In this document: positions 1-10,512 of the stretch, piece after piece
How positions within the stretch are numbered: the stretch's first letter is position 1
How the letters are laid out: each line of letters begins with the position of its first letter
NCBI GenBank assembly: GCA_963926355.1
Contig: CAWUWW010000003.1
Span: 41,264 to 105,263, forward strand
Reading direction: 5' to 3'
From: an uncultured SAR86 cluster bacterium
GTDB lineage: Bacteria; Pseudomonadota; Gammaproteobacteria; Magnimaribacterales; D2472
Length of the DNA: 64,000 nucleotides
The notes under the pieces: generated by a model
Told to the model about the DNA's origin: nothing
What the model saw: the letters and a program-made list of their open reading frames with translations, nothing else
The model's database searches: none
Program-made: the position numbers and the translations under genes

Positions 1-661
1 AGGGCTGGACTATGGAAATATTTAACAGGTTGTTTTTGTCTATCTCTTCTTCAGATCTGGGTATTAATAATATTAAAATAACAGCCAATACAACTACTGA
101 AATTATTTTATTTTTTTTCCATGACAATCCCAGAATAGCTGCCAATAAATAAATAATATATGACCCTCCAGCAACTCCTAAAATACGAAAGAGGGATTGA
201 CTAATTGTATCTAAAAATATGACTCCAGGTATCAACCAAGGAACTCCATTTAATAAAAAATACATAGACCATTCATTTAGTATGAACATGCTGCCTACAT
301 ATAAAATAGTATAGAAATTTGCATACTTTATATTATTAAATAACTTTATTTTTAATAGTAATAATGGAGCAGAAAATACCAATGTAAGAATTGCAATTAA
401 TAATATAAATATTACTAAAGCTAATAATATATGGGTATTTCCGTAATAGTAAACGCTTACTATTAACCAGGACATTCCAAATCCCCAGTGACCAAAAGAC
501 CAGCAAATTAATTTTATTATAGATTCTTTATTATTCTTTAATAACCCATTAATAAGATAGGCATAGGATAGAAAAATTAGCGGCTTAATAGAGAAGGGCG
601 CAAACGAAAGTATACCAATTAACCCAAAAATAAATGGGACTAAATACCTCTTTATTTTCAT
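1..661 (-). CDS. lnt: apolipoprotein N-acyltransferase (partial, runs off window start)
   Basis: Manual translation from ATG at 661: MKIKRYLVPFIFGLIGILSFAPF...WGFGMSWLIVSVYYYG; multi-TM; canonical position after corC. Confidence 0.9.
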   Translation of the reverse strand, partial: MKIKRYLVPFIFGLIGILSFAPFSIKPLIFLSYAYLINGLLKNNKESIIKLICWSFGHWGFGMSWLIVSVYYYGNTHILLALVIFILLIAILTLVFSAPLLLLKIKLFNNIKYANFYTILYVGSMFILNEWSMYFLLNGVPWLIPGVIFLDTISQSLFRILGVAGGSYIIYLLAAILGLSWKKNKIISVVVLAVILILLIPRSEEEIDKNNLLNISIVQP

Positions 662-1515
662 TAAGTTTTGGTTATCGAGACCTTGTCGATTTTTCTCTTA
701 TCTGCATGAGTGACTTCAATATTTAAGTCCTCGACTTTAACTTTATCTCCTACGCTTGGAAGTATCCCAAATTGGCTAATAATAAATCCCCCAAGAGTTT
801 CAGCATCTATGCCCATTGGATCAAGTTTCAATTCAAAGAACTCAATAAATTCTTCAATCTCAACTTTGGCATCAGCGGAATAAACGCCTTCAGAGATTTT
901 AATTATTTCTTCCTCGTCGACATCATGCTCATCCTCAATCTCACCTACTAGCTCTTCTAAAATATCCTCAATAGTAACTAAGCCTGATATTGATCCGTAT
1001 TCATCTATAACAACTGCCAAATGAGATTTATCTTTTTTAAATTCCTCTAACAATGAATCTGCTTTTTTTGTTTCTGGGACAATATTTGGCTCTCTAAGCA
1101 TTTCCAGTAAATTAAAATTATTATTTCCCTCTACTATCTTTGGAAGAATATCTTTTGCAAGAAGAATTCCTTTAACTTCATCCCTTTCATCTCCTAAAAC
1201 AGGATACCTTGAATGACCTGATTCAATAATCCTGTCTATAATAACGCTGGTCTTCTCCTCTATGCTTATAGTCACCATATCTACCTTTGGTACCATTATT
1301 TCTTTAATTGTTGTTTTGCCAAGTCTGATTGCTTTGTTGGCTATTGACTCAGCTTCTTTATCGATAATATTTAGATCAACTGCATCTTTTAAAAAATCTG
1401 TTATTTCAGATACAGATTGAGTTTTTATAAAAAATGGATTTCTAAAATATTTCTTTACTTTGGTTAAAATTCCCGACGGGGGGTGACTATCTTCGTTATC
1501 TGCTTTTTTATTCAT
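661..1515 (-). CDS. corC: CBS-domain Mg/Co transport-related protein CorC
   Basis: GHSRYPV, CBS pair, GLVTIEDILEELVGEIEDEHD; synteny ybeY-corC-lnt. Confidence 0.92.
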   Translation of the reverse strand: MNKKADNEDSHPPSGILTKVKKYFRNPFFIKTQSVSEITDFLKDAVDLNIIDKEAESIANKAIRLGKTTIKEIMVPKVDMVTISIEEKTSVIIDRIIESGHSRYPVLGDERDEVKGILLAKDILPKIVEGNNNFNLLEMLREPNIVPETKKADSLLEEFKKDKSHLAVVIDEYGSISGLVTIEDILEELVGEIEDEHDVDEEEIIKISEGVYSADAKVEIEEFIEFFELKLDPMGIDAETLGGFIISQFGILPSVGDKVKVEDLNIEVTHADKRKIDKVSITKT

Positions 1516-1518
1516 TTC

Positions 1519-1968
1519 TCAATTGTATGGGTTGTTAATATGTAATTTACCTAGCGTGCTTATTTCTTTAGCTTCCATAATGCTAGCTGAGGCTTCATCT
1601 TGGTGATCATAACCTAATATATGATATACACCATGCGCCAGCATGTGAATTAGGTGGTCTTCAAAAGTTTTCTTCTCTACTTTAGCTTCATTCAAAACAA
1701 AGTCATAACTAATTGCTATATCTCCAATATTTTTAGTTTTCTCTAGAGAGATATCATTATTGACGAAAGATAGCACATTGGTTGTTTTATCTTTATCTCT
1801 AAATTGCTTATTCAGTTCCTGCATTTCTGTGTTGCCTAGAATTCTTAAATTAATAGAGCTTTCCTTTACTCCCTCTTCAGTAAATATAAGTTGAGTTGTA
1901 TCTTCAAGTTTTATTAAAAGACTGTTATTTATTGAAAACCCGTCCTGAAAAGAGATTACTAAATTCAC
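1519..1968 (-). CDS. ybeY: rRNA maturation endoribonuclease YbeY
   Basis: TNVLSF, GDI, HMLAHGVYHILGYDH metal motif. Confidence 0.95.
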   Translation of the reverse strand: MNLVISFQDGFSINNSLLIKLEDTTQLIFTEEGVKESSINLRILGNTEMQELNKQFRDKDKTTNVLSFVNNDISLEKTKNIGDIAISYDFVLNEAKVEKKTFEDHLIHMLAHGVYHILGYDHQDEASASIMEAKEISTLGKLHINNPYN

Positions 1969-2954
1969 TTGGCTATTTTTTCTTCAAACGCTATGTAGGC
2001 ATCTATTATTTTTCTTACTAATGGGTGCCTGACAACATCTTTAGATGAGAATTCAGTAAAGCCTATTCCCTTCGTTTCCTCTAGGACTTGCATGACATGG
2101 TCTAACCCTGATGTGATGTGTTTTGGTAAGTCTGTTTGCGTAAGATCCCCGTTAATTACGGCGTAGGATCCGAAGCCCATCCTAGTTAAAACCATTTTCA
2201 TCTGGTCAACTGTTGTATTTTGGCTTTCATCCATAATAATAAATGAATTATTTAAGGTTCTTCCTCTTAAGTATGCCAAAGGCGCCACTTCAATGGCCTC
2301 TTTTTCAATTAACTTACTTACCCTATCAGCCCCTACCATTTCATACAAAGCATCGTATAAAGGCCTCAAATATGGGTCTACTTTTTGTGACATGTCACCT
2401 GGAAGGAAGCCTAGCTTCTCCCCAGCCTCAACAGCAGGTCTAATTAAAATTATTCTTTGAACCTTATCAGTCAACAATGCGTCCACTGCGGCTGCAACAG
2501 CTATATAAGTCTTTCCAGTTCCAGCGGGGCCAATTCCAAAATTTAATTCATATTTTGAAATTCTTCTCATGTAATCTTGCTGATTCTTACCTCTTGCTCT
2601 AATAATTTTTTTTGGTGTTTGTATTGTTATTTCAGTTTTTTGAATATCTTCCTTGGTGTGCCTTGCAAGGCTTAAATTTAAATGAGATTGAATGGTTAAA
2701 TGCACTGCTTCTTTGGTGAGCTCAATATTTTTTTTTGTTAAATTATATAAATCTAAAATAGCGTCTGAGGCATGTTTAATATTTTGGTTGCTGCCTGTAA
2801 TATTAATTTGATTACCTTTGTGAAATACTTTTACTGAGAATGTTTTTTCAATGAGCTTTAGATTTCCATTAAGTTCGCCCACAAAAATCGCAATTCTGTC
2901 AGCGCTTGATGGTTTTAAAGAAATATTTTTAAGAGCGGTTTGTGTTTCTTGCAT
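1965..2954 (-). CDS. ybeZ: PhoH-family ATPase (YbeZ)
   Basis: GPAGTGKT, RPAVEAGEKLGFLPGD, RGRTL. Confidence 0.95.
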   Translation of the reverse strand: MQETQTALKNISLKPSSADRIAIFVGELNGNLKLIEKTFSVKVFHKGNQINITGSNQNIKHASDAILDLYNLTKKNIELTKEAVHLTIQSHLNLSLARHTKEDIQKTEITIQTPKKIIRARGKNQQDYMRRISKYELNFGIGPAGTGKTYIAVAAAVDALLTDKVQRIILIRPAVEAGEKLGFLPGDMSQKVDPYLRPLYDALYEMVGADRVSKLIEKEAIEVAPLAYLRGRTLNNSFIIMDESQNTTVDQMKMVLTRMGFGSYAVINGDLTQTDLPKHITSGLDHVMQVLEETKGIGFTEFSSKDVVRHPLVRKIIDAYIAFEEKIAK

Positions 2955-2960
2955 TAAAAG

Positions 2961-4301
2961 TTAATTTTGTCCTATTGAGTTATGCAATGTGCCTAGTAAT
3001 GAATAAGAAAAAGTCTCATCAATACTTATATCTACTAATTTACCTATAAAACCAATGTTTTGGAAGTCAAAATTAACAACTCTATTACATTCTGTTCTTG
3101 CTTGGAGCTGATGAGCGCTTTTCTTTGATAGACCTGTCACTAAACATCTTTGTATAGAGCCTATCATGCTCATACTATGCTCTTTATGATGCTTGTTTAA
3201 TTGTGCTTGAAGAATATTAAGTCTTTCTTTTTTTTCAGCCGTAGGAGTGCTATCTTCTAGTTTTGATGCGGGGGTGCCAGGTCTTTTAGAGTATATAAAG
3301 CTATAAGATGAATCAAATTTAATTTGATTTACTAAGTCCATGGTTTCATTGAAGTCTTTTTCTGTCTCGCCTGGAAACCCTACTATAAAATCAGATGATA
3401 CCCTGAGATCTGGTCTATGAGATCTAATTCTCTCAAGTGCGTCAGTAAAAACATCAACCGTATAATTTCTTTTCATCTTTTCTAAAATTTTATTAGACCC
3501 AGATTGAACGGGGAGATGGAGCTGACTAACAAGCTGGGGAACATATTGATAAACATCAATAAGATCATCGGTCATGTCAAGAGGGTGAGATGTCGTGAAC
3601 CTAATTCGCTCTACTCCGTCTATATGACTAATTATTTCTATAAGGTCTGAAAGTCTTAGAATTCTATCTTTATAAGGCATCTTGTAAGAATTAACATTCT
3701 GGCCAATAAATGTAATTTCTGAAACACCTTGCTCGGCCAACCTGGCTACCTCATCAAAAATCTGATCAGGCTTTCTACTTACCTCATCTCCTCTGGTATA
3801 TGGAACAACGCAAAAAGAGCAATATTTAGAACATCCTTCCATTATAGCGACAAAACTTGAAGGTCCTGCTGAGGTTGGAGAGGGCAGTGAATCAAACTTT
3901 TCTTCTATTGGAAAAGTAATATCTATTGCCTTTATGCCCTTGCTTTGGTCTATGTCCAAGAGATCTGAAACTCTATGAAGAGTTTGCGGTCCGTATATTA
4001 AGTCCACATAAGGTGCTCTTTTTTTAATATTAAGCCCTTCTTGTGTTGCAACACAGCCTCCAACTCCTATTTTCAGATTTGGGTTTTTTTTCTTAAGTTT
4101 GTTTAGCCTACCAAGCTCTGAGAATACCTTTGCTTCAGCTTTATCTCTTATTGAGCATGTATTTAATAGGATGATATCTGCATCTTCTATATTATTTGTT
4201 ACCTCTACGCCTCTTTTCTCTTTAAGTATATCAACTGTCTTTTCGGAGTCATACTCGTTCATTTGACATCCGTAAGTTTTAATATAAAGTTTTGTTCCCA
4301 T
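2961..4301 (-). CDS. miaB: tRNA-2-methylthio-N6-dimethylallyladenosine synthase
   Basis: TYGCQMNEYDS, NTCSIR, radical SAM CSKYCSFC, C-terminal TRAM domain. Confidence 0.97.
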   Translation of the reverse strand: MGTKLYIKTYGCQMNEYDSEKTVDILKEKRGVEVTNNIEDADIILLNTCSIRDKAEAKVFSELGRLNKLKKKNPNLKIGVGGCVATQEGLNIKKRAPYVDLIYGPQTLHRVSDLLDIDQSKGIKAIDITFPIEEKFDSLPSPTSAGPSSFVAIMEGCSKYCSFCVVPYTRGDEVSRKPDQIFDEVARLAEQGVSEITFIGQNVNSYKMPYKDRILRLSDLIEIISHIDGVERIRFTTSHPLDMTDDLIDVYQYVPQLVSQLHLPVQSGSNKILEKMKRNYTVDVFTDALERIRSHRPDLRVSSDFIVGFPGETEKDFNETMDLVNQIKFDSSYSFIYSKRPGTPASKLEDSTPTAEKKERLNILQAQLNKHHKEHSMSMIGSIQRCLVTGLSKKSAHQLQARTECNRVVNFDFQNIGFIGKLVDISIDETFSYSLLGTLHNSIGQN

Positions 4302-4314
4302 ATAATTAAGTATT

Positions 4315-4641
4315 ATGAAAATAAAGAGCGTTTACAAGATAATTTTTATGCAGCTTGGTGAAATCTATGAGGTTTTTGCTAATCAAATATATCAAAGTGA
4401 CATGTACGGTTTTATTGAAGTTGAGGATTATATATTTAACAAAGATAAACAGCTAGTTGTTGACCCTGCTGCTGAAAAACTTAAAAATGAATTTGCAAAA
4501 GTTGAAAGAAGCTATATTCCTATTAATTCAATAATAAGAATAGATGAAGTGCGGGAATCTGGCGAGGCAAAGATAAAAGAAAATAAAGGCCAAGTTAGCC
4601 CTTTCCCTGTAAATATTCACCCTATAAATAACTCAGACTAA
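4315..4641 (+). CDS. DUF1820-family conserved hypothetical protein
   Basis: YKIIF..GEIYEVFA..IYQSDMYGFIEVE..VVDP..EKLK.EF pattern recognised from memory; usually divergent from miaB. Confidence 0.8.
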   Translation: MKIKSVYKIIFMQLGEIYEVFANQIYQSDMYGFIEVEDYIFNKDKQLVVDPAAEKLKNEFAKVERSYIPINSIIRIDEVRESGEAKIKENKGQVSPFPVNIHPINNSD

Positions 4642-5193
4642 TTACCCTTCTGGTAAAAATAACTTTTTGTAGAATTTAAGTTCGCCTACTGAATCCTTAA
4701 TATCTCCCATAGCCCTATGAGATCCTTGCTTCTCGTAGACTTGAGCCTCATTCATCCACCTAACAGCAACTTCTTTAAATGAAGAAACATCTATATGCCT
4801 ATAATTAAAATAAGATTCTAGACGGGGCATATACTTAATTAAAAAACGCCTATCATGGGAAACTGTATTACCGCACATAGGTGATTGATTGTGGCCTACA
4901 TATTTTGATATAAATTCAAGAGTTTCAATTTCAGCCATTTGCTCTGTTACTGCGCTCTTGTTTACAGAATCAATTAGCCCAGAAGATCCATGTTGGTTTT
5001 GATTCCAGTCATCCATTCCCTCAAGAAGAGATTTGGGCTGACTAACAATAATATTTGGACCTTCGGCTAAAATATTTAATTGAGAATCGGTAATTAAAGT
5101 CGCTATTTCGATGATTCTTTCTTTTTCAGGATCTAATCCCGTCATCTCTAAATCTATCCAAATTAAGTTTTGTCTTGATTGTTGGCTCTTCAT
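4642..5193 (-). CDS. orn: oligoribonuclease
   Basis: LIWIDLEMTGLDP, HRAMGDI. Confidence 0.97.
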   Translation of the reverse strand: MKSQQSRQNLIWIDLEMTGLDPEKERIIEIATLITDSQLNILAEGPNIIVSQPKSLLEGMDDWNQNQHGSSGLIDSVNKSAVTEQMAEIETLEFISKYVGHNQSPMCGNTVSHDRRFLIKYMPRLESYFNYRHIDVSSFKEVAVRWMNEAQVYEKQGSHRAMGDIKDSVGELKFYKKLFLPEG

Positions 5194-5234
5194 AACTTTT
5201 TATATTCCTTCCTTTAGTGTATTTTGTGCTTTAT

Positions 5235-6104
5235 ATGGAAAAATTTCAAACTGGTTTGGTAATAGAATTCTACTCTAATAGCTGCTTGGTGCGAACCAAA
5301 GAGGCAGATATTATCTGTATTGCCATAAAAGATGTTGTGGTAGGGGATATTGTAAATATTGAAATTATTCAGGATAGTAAAAAAATAAAAGGATTAATTC
5401 TTTCAAGAGAACAAAGATTTTCTATTCTGGAGAAAAAAGAAGTCTTAAAATCTAAGGTTGTTGCGGCAAACGTTACCCATGTAGGAATCCTTGTTACCCA
5501 GGAACCCAAAACAAGTGCTGACTTTATTGATAAATGGGTTCTAACTGCCAATCTATCAAATATCACACCATTTATTATTAATAATAAAATTGACTTAGTA
5601 CAAGATGAGCAATATCTAGCTAAATTAGAAATTTATAAAAATTTGAATATTGATTATATGGAGATTTCAGCAAAGACTAGCCAAAACTTAGACCAGGTTT
5701 CTAGTTATTTAAAAGGTAAGTGTGTTGTTTTTGTAGGGAATTCTGGAGCTGGAAAGTCAACCCTTACCACATCACTTACTGGAAAGGATATTAAAACAAA
5801 TGTCCTCTCTAATAATCAAGGTGTGCACACTACTTCGATTTCTACACTTTATGAAATTGATAATGATACAAAAATTATTGATTCGCCTGGTGTTAGAGAT
5901 TTATATATAACAGGATGGGGTGATAAGGAAATTATTAAAGGTTTCTCAGAAATTTATGAATTTTCAAGACAGTGTAAATTTAACGATTGCAATCACATTA
6001 ATAATGAAGGCTGTCATGTGATTGGTAAACTAATGAATGGAGAAATAAACGAAAGCAGATACAATAATTTCATAAAATTTAGAGATAGAGAAGAAGATGA
6101 ATAA
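5235..6104 (+). CDS. rsgA: ribosome small subunit-dependent GTPase A
   Basis: Circularly permuted GTPase NKID...GNSGAGKS...HTT...DSPG, CKFNDCNH...C Zn site; ATG 5235 preferred over GTG 5217. Confidence 0.93.
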   Translation: MEKFQTGLVIEFYSNSCLVRTKEADIICIAIKDVVVGDIVNIEIIQDSKKIKGLILSREQRFSILEKKEVLKSKVVAANVTHVGILVTQEPKTSADFIDKWVLTANLSNITPFIINNKIDLVQDEQYLAKLEIYKNLNIDYMEISAKTSQNLDQVSSYLKGKCVVFVGNSGAGKSTLTTSLTGKDIKTNVLSNNQGVHTTSISTLYEIDNDTKIIDSPGVRDLYITGWGDKEIIKGFSEIYEFSRQCKFNDCNHINNEGCHVIGKLMNGEINESRYNNFIKFRDREEDE

Positions 6105-6837
6105 AAAAACTCATTTTGGATTCACAGAAGTAGATGAAAAAGATAAGAGCGAGCATGTTGGCAAGGTCTTTAGCTCAGTAGCTGGCAACTACGACATTAT
6201 GAATGATGCTATGTCTATGGGGATGCACAGGTTGTGGAAAAAAATTCTTGTTGAACTAGCTGGGGTTTCTGACAATGATATTGTTCTTGATATTGCGAGT
6301 GGAACGGGAGATATCGCCAAGTTAATTGCCAAAGAATACCCTAGTACCGAAATCTATATGTCAGATATTAATATGGATATGTTAACTGAAGGTAGAAATA
6401 GGGCTATAAATGAGGGCTTTTCTTCCAATACCCACTTTTGCCAATTAAGCGGGGAAACAATTCCCTTTGCAGATAATACTTTTAATTTAATTACGATAGG
6501 CTTTGGTTTAAGAAATTTTACTAATAAAGATAAAGGTCTCAAAGAGATGAAAAGATGTCTTAAAGATGATGGTAGATTGCTTATTTTAGAATTTTCAAAA
6601 CCTATCAATCCATTATTTTCAAAAGTTTATGACTGGTATTCATTTAATATCCTGCCAAAACTAGGGGCGATGTTGGCCAATGACTCAGAGAGTTATAAAT
6701 ACCTAGCAGAGTCTATTAGGATGCACCCCAACCAAGAAGGTCTTCAAGAAATGGTTATTGAGGCTGGATTCAAAAAATGTAAATTTTATAATTTGCTTAA
6801 TGGTATCGTGGCTATTCATGTTGCATATGGAAAATAA
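6097..6837 (+). CDS. ubiE: ubiquinone/menaquinone C-methyltransferase
   Basis: THFGF, YDIMNDAMSMGMHRLWK, LDIASGTGD. Confidence 0.97.
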   Translation: MNKKTHFGFTEVDEKDKSEHVGKVFSSVAGNYDIMNDAMSMGMHRLWKKILVELAGVSDNDIVLDIASGTGDIAKLIAKEYPSTEIYMSDINMDMLTEGRNRAINEGFSSNTHFCQLSGETIPFADNTFNLITIGFGLRNFTNKDKGLKEMKRCLKDDGRLLILEFSKPINPLFSKVYDWYSFNILPKLGAMLANDSESYKYLAESIRMHPNQEGLQEMVIEAGFKKCKFYNLLNGIVAIHVAYGK

Positions 6838-7330
6838 TCTTAAAGAGGCTTTATCTAATTTTTTGAATGATATTGAAGAGGCCTCCCCTAATTCAAAAAG
6901 CTCACTTTATAGTATTTACCCAATTAGTTTTTCTTTAGAAATAAAGGGGCATAAAAAAATCTATATTCAGCTTAATAAAGAATATAAAAAGATTTCTTTT
7001 AAAGAGTCAATTTCATCAGATTTTGAAATACAAACTAATATTGCTGAGATTTTTCAACTTATTTTTACAAAGAAACTAAAAAGGAGCATGTTATCAGGAG
7101 ATGTTGAACTAGCGATGGTTATGATGAATATTATAATAAAAGCTGATGTTAATTTTATCTTTCTAGTTGATAAATATTTTGGGAATATTCCTGCCGTTAC
7201 GGCTCATCTAGTTAAAGAAAAATTATTTACTAAAGAAAGAAGTGATTTAAATCATGGGAATCCTCTTCAAGCTAAATTAAGAGACCTTGCAATAAGAGTT
7301 GATAGATTAGAGGCTATAAATAGCTTATGA
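6827..7330 (+). CDS. ubiJ: ubiquinone biosynthesis accessory factor (SCP2-like), divergent
   Basis: Between ubiE and ubiB; SGDVELA and C-terminal LRDLAIRVDRLEA; start reassigned to ATG 6827. Confidence 0.75.
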   Translation: MENNLKEALSNFLNDIEEASPNSKSSLYSIYPISFSLEIKGHKKIYIQLNKEYKKISFKESISSDFEIQTNIAEIFQLIFTKKLKRSMLSGDVELAMVMMNIIIKADVNFIFLVDKYFGNIPAVTAHLVKEKLFTKERSDLNHGNPLQAKLRDLAIRVDRLEAINSL

Positions 7331-8808
7331 ATATAGTCGTTCTTATTTACCAGGGTCTTAAAATGTCCTTTTTAGGATTGAGATTTGGTATCTTTAGAAA
7401 TTCAGATGGTAGAAATTTAGCTCATTTTCTAGAATCTCTAGGGCCTATTTTTATAAAATTTGGTCAGTTACTTTCTACTCGCACAGATATTCTAGATATT
7501 GAAACAGCAAAAAATTTACAAGGGCTTACGGACAGCTGCAAACCATTCCCTGTTTCCACTTTAAGAAAAATTGTTGAAAAAGAGCTTGGAGAATCTATAG
7601 AGGATCTTTTTGATGACTTTAATGATAAGCCCCTTGCAGCAGCTTCTCTTGCTCAAGTTCATTCTGCAAAACTAAAAAATGGTCGCGAGGTAGTTATTAA
7701 AGTACTAAGGCCTAATATAGAAAAAGAAGTTAGGAAAAACTTGAGACTTCTTAAAGCAGCAGCAAAATTTTGTACCTATGTTTACTCCCAAAGTCATAGA
7801 CTAAAACCACTTGAAGTTGTCAGGGATTACGAAAGCACCATCCTTAGAGAATTAGATTTAAAGCTTGAAGCAGCGAATACGAATCTTACTAGAAAAAACT
7901 TTGCCAATTCTGAAGAGCTATACATACCAGAAGTATTTTGGGAAATGACAACTAATAAAGTAATGGTTCTTGAAAGAATAGATGGCATACCTTGTACAGA
8001 TATTGAACAAATAGAAAAGCATGGGATCAATAAGCAAAGGCTTGCTGAAAATGGGGTCATGATATTTCTTAACCAAGTCTTTAGAGATAACTTCTTTCAT
8101 GCCGATATGCACCCTGGTAATATTTTTGTATCTAAAAAACACCCTGAAACCCCAGGCTATATAGCAATTGACTGCGCAATAACTGGCTCTTTATCAAATG
8201 AAGAAAGGTACATGCTAGCAAGAATGCTTCAAGCAGTTCTGAAACAAAAATATAAATCTTTAGCTCAGTTATTTATAGGCTCTGGATGGGTTAATACTGA
8301 TACCAATATTAATGAACTTGAAAATACTTTAAGAGCTTGTTGCGAGCCTATTTTTGAAAAGCCCTTGTCTGAAATTGAATTTGGTAAATTACTCTTATAT
8401 CTTTTTCAAAGCACTCGACCATATGGCCTATCCCTTCAGCCATCTTTAGTGCTTCTTCAAAAAACATTAATTCATATTGAGGGTATGGGCAGACAGATTT
8501 ACCCTGAATTAAACTTCTGGGGCATAGCTGAGCCTTACCTTGATAACTGGCTTAAAGAGCAATTTAGCCCACTTAAACTTAAAGATTTTATTATTGAAAA
8601 TAAAGAAGATCTTTTCCTTAAAGCATCGGAGATGCCTGGCTTTATATACGAGGCTCTTGACGAGCTTAAGGGCTATTCAAATAATAGAAAATCAAATGAC
8701 GAAAAGCTCCACAAGATGGAAATGCAGCTACAAAAACAAAAATACATCCTATGGTTCTTTGGAATTGGTATAATTATTATATGGGGTATCTTTGTAATAC
8801 TTTCATAG
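7327..8808 (+). CDS. ubiB: ubiquinone biosynthesis kinase-like protein
   Basis: LGPIFIKFGQLLSTR, AAASLAQVH, FFHADMHPGN. Confidence 0.96.
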   Translation: MNIVVLIYQGLKMSFLGLRFGIFRNSDGRNLAHFLESLGPIFIKFGQLLSTRTDILDIETAKNLQGLTDSCKPFPVSTLRKIVEKELGESIEDLFDDFNDKPLAAASLAQVHSAKLKNGREVVIKVLRPNIEKEVRKNLRLLKAAAKFCTYVYSQSHRLKPLEVVRDYESTILRELDLKLEAANTNLTRKNFANSEELYIPEVFWEMTTNKVMVLERIDGIPCTDIEQIEKHGINKQRLAENGVMIFLNQVFRDNFFHADMHPGNIFVSKKHPETPGYIAIDCAITGSLSNEERYMLARMLQAVLKQKYKSLAQLFIGSGWVNTDTNINELENTLRACCEPIFEKPLSEIEFGKLLLYLFQSTRPYGLSLQPSLVLLQKTLIHIEGMGRQIYPELNFWGIAEPYLDNWLKEQFSPLKLKDFIIENKEDLFLKASEMPGFIYEALDELKGYSNNRKSNDEKLHKMEMQLQKQKYILWFFGIGIIIIWGIFVILS

Positions 8809-8817
8809 GAGATTCAT

Positions 8818-8982
8818 ATGGGCTTTGGTGGAATAAGTGTATGGCAACTACTAATAATTTTAGTCGTAGTTCTTTTAATTTTTGGAAGCGGTAAATTAAA
8901 ATCTTTAGGCTCTGATCTTGGAGCAAGTCTTAAGGGTTTTAAAAAAGCTGTGAAAGACGAAGAAAAAGAAAAAGACGAATAA
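8818..8982 (+). CDS. tatA: twin-arginine translocase TatA (54 aa, below ORF-track cutoff)
   Basis: Manual translation [54 protein letters not shown]; AGGAG SD upstream. Confidence 0.95.
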   Translation: MGFGGISVWQLLIILVVVLLIFGSGKLKSLGSDLGASLKGFKKAVKDEEKEKDE

Positions 8983-8985
8983 CAA

Positions 8986-9234
8986 TTGTTTCAAATAGGC
9001 TTTCTAGAAATTGCGGTTATCCTTATCCTAGGACTCATCATTGTTGGTCCGACCAGACTTCCTGAGCTCATAAAAACTTGGCTAAAATATTATAAAAAAA
9101 TTCAAAGACAAATTTCTAATTTTCAAAAAGATATTGAAATAGAGATTGGTACTGATGAAATTAAGAAAGACGTATTTAATGAGATGCGAATGGAAGAGTT
9201 AGATCTTTCAGGAGAATCTAAAGAAGATGAATAA
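8986..9234 (+). CDS. tatB: twin-arginine translocase TatB
   Basis: MFQIGFLE...GPTRLP; TTG start; between tatA and tatC. Confidence 0.9.
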   Translation: MFQIGFLEIAVILILGLIIVGPTRLPELIKTWLKYYKKIQRQISNFQKDIEIEIGTDEIKKDVFNEMRMEELDLSGESKEDE

Positions 9235-9928
9235 AGAATCTATTTCAAGTCACCTTCTAGAGCTTCGAACCAGACTTATTAGAATACTAATATGCCTAGG
9301 TATTCTTTCAGTTGCTGGGATTCCTTTTGCATCTGAGATATATGCCTTTATAGCGTCTCCACTTCTAGATATCTTGCCAGCTGGCAGCTCTATGATTGCC
9401 ACTCAAGTAACATCGCCTTTTATGGCACCGCTAAAACTAGTTCTTTTTTCTGCATTATTACTAACTATGCCTTATCTCTTTTACGAGCTATGGATGTTTA
9501 TATCTCCAGGGCTTTATAAAAATGAAAAGTCATTTGTAGCACCATTAATGATTTCGACTATTTTCTTATTTTCAGCAGGCGTGGCTTTTGCATACCTTGT
9601 AGTTCTTCCAATAATATTTACATTTTTTATTGGGGTTGCTCCTGAATCTATTCAGGTAATGACAGATATCAACCAGTATCTAAGTTTTGTAATTAAGCTT
9701 ATTTTTGCATTTGGAATAGCATTTGAAATTCCAGTAGCGACCTTCCTTCTTATAAGAACAGGTATCGTAAAAAAAGAATCCTTAATTAAGGCTAGGCCTT
9801 ATTTAATTATTCTGTTCTTTGTTATTGGAATGCTTTTGACACCACCTGATATCTTCTCTCAACTTTTTCTAGCTATACCAATGTGGTTATTATTTGAAGT
9901 TGGCCTTGTAGTTTCAAAGAAAAACTAG
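9227..9928 (+). CDS. tatC: twin-arginine translocase TatC
   Basis: HLLELRTRL, FISPGLY, AFEIP, TPPD. Confidence 0.97.
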   Translation: MNKESISSHLLELRTRLIRILICLGILSVAGIPFASEIYAFIASPLLDILPAGSSMIATQVTSPFMAPLKLVLFSALLLTMPYLFYELWMFISPGLYKNEKSFVAPLMISTIFLFSAGVAFAYLVVLPIIFTFFIGVAPESIQVMTDINQYLSFVIKLIFAFGIAFEIPVATFLLIRTGIVKKESLIKARPYLIILFFVIGMLLTPPDIFSQLFLAIPMWLLFEVGLVVSKKN

Positions 9929-9929
9929 A

Positions 9930-10511
9930 TTAAAGTCCCAACCTATTAGTCCAATCACTATCAGATGGCCTTGTGTTATTAACAATCCTTTCAAGCAAAT
10001 CTTCACAAGAATCAGAAATGATTAAATTATTAAAGTTTGCCTCAGATATAAATCCTTCCTCAACTGCTTTTTGCATCCAGGCAATCAGGTGGTCATAGTA
10101 TCCAGCGGTGTTTAAGAGTCCTATTGGTTTATTTATTAAACCTAACTGGTTACTCGCCATTATTTCAGCAAGCTCGTCCAGGGAGCCTATGCCTCCAGAA
10201 AGTACTATAAAAGCATCGGACCTTTCCATGAAAATATCTTTTCTATCAAGAAGCGTATCGGTAATAATAAGTTCTTTTACCTTTGGGTTAACTAATTCAA
10301 GTTCAATCAGTGACTTTAAAGATATCGCAATAACCTCTACCCCATTATCCATGGCAGCAGCAGAAACAATACCCATCAACCCGACATTGCCACCACCAAA
10401 AACAACATTAATTCCTTTTTGGGCAATCAGCTCTCCCATTTTTTTTGCTTCTTCAGCAAAAATTGGATTTTTACCTGAGTGAGCTCCACAGAAAACAGAA
10501 ATATTTTTCAT
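9930..10511 (-). CDS. LOG-family nucleotide phosphoribohydrolase
   Basis: VFCGA, GGGNVGLMG, RK..F, GGIGSLDE. Confidence 0.88.
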   Translation of the reverse strand: MKNISVFCGAHSGKNPIFAEEAKKMGELIAQKGINVVFGGGNVGLMGIVSAAAMDNGVEVIAISLKSLIELELVNPKVKELIITDTLLDRKDIFMERSDAFIVLSGGIGSLDELAEIMASNQLGLINKPIGLLNTAGYYDHLIAWMQKAVEEGFISEANFNNLIISDSCEDLLERIVNNTRPSDSDWTNRLGL

Positions 10512-10512
10512 A

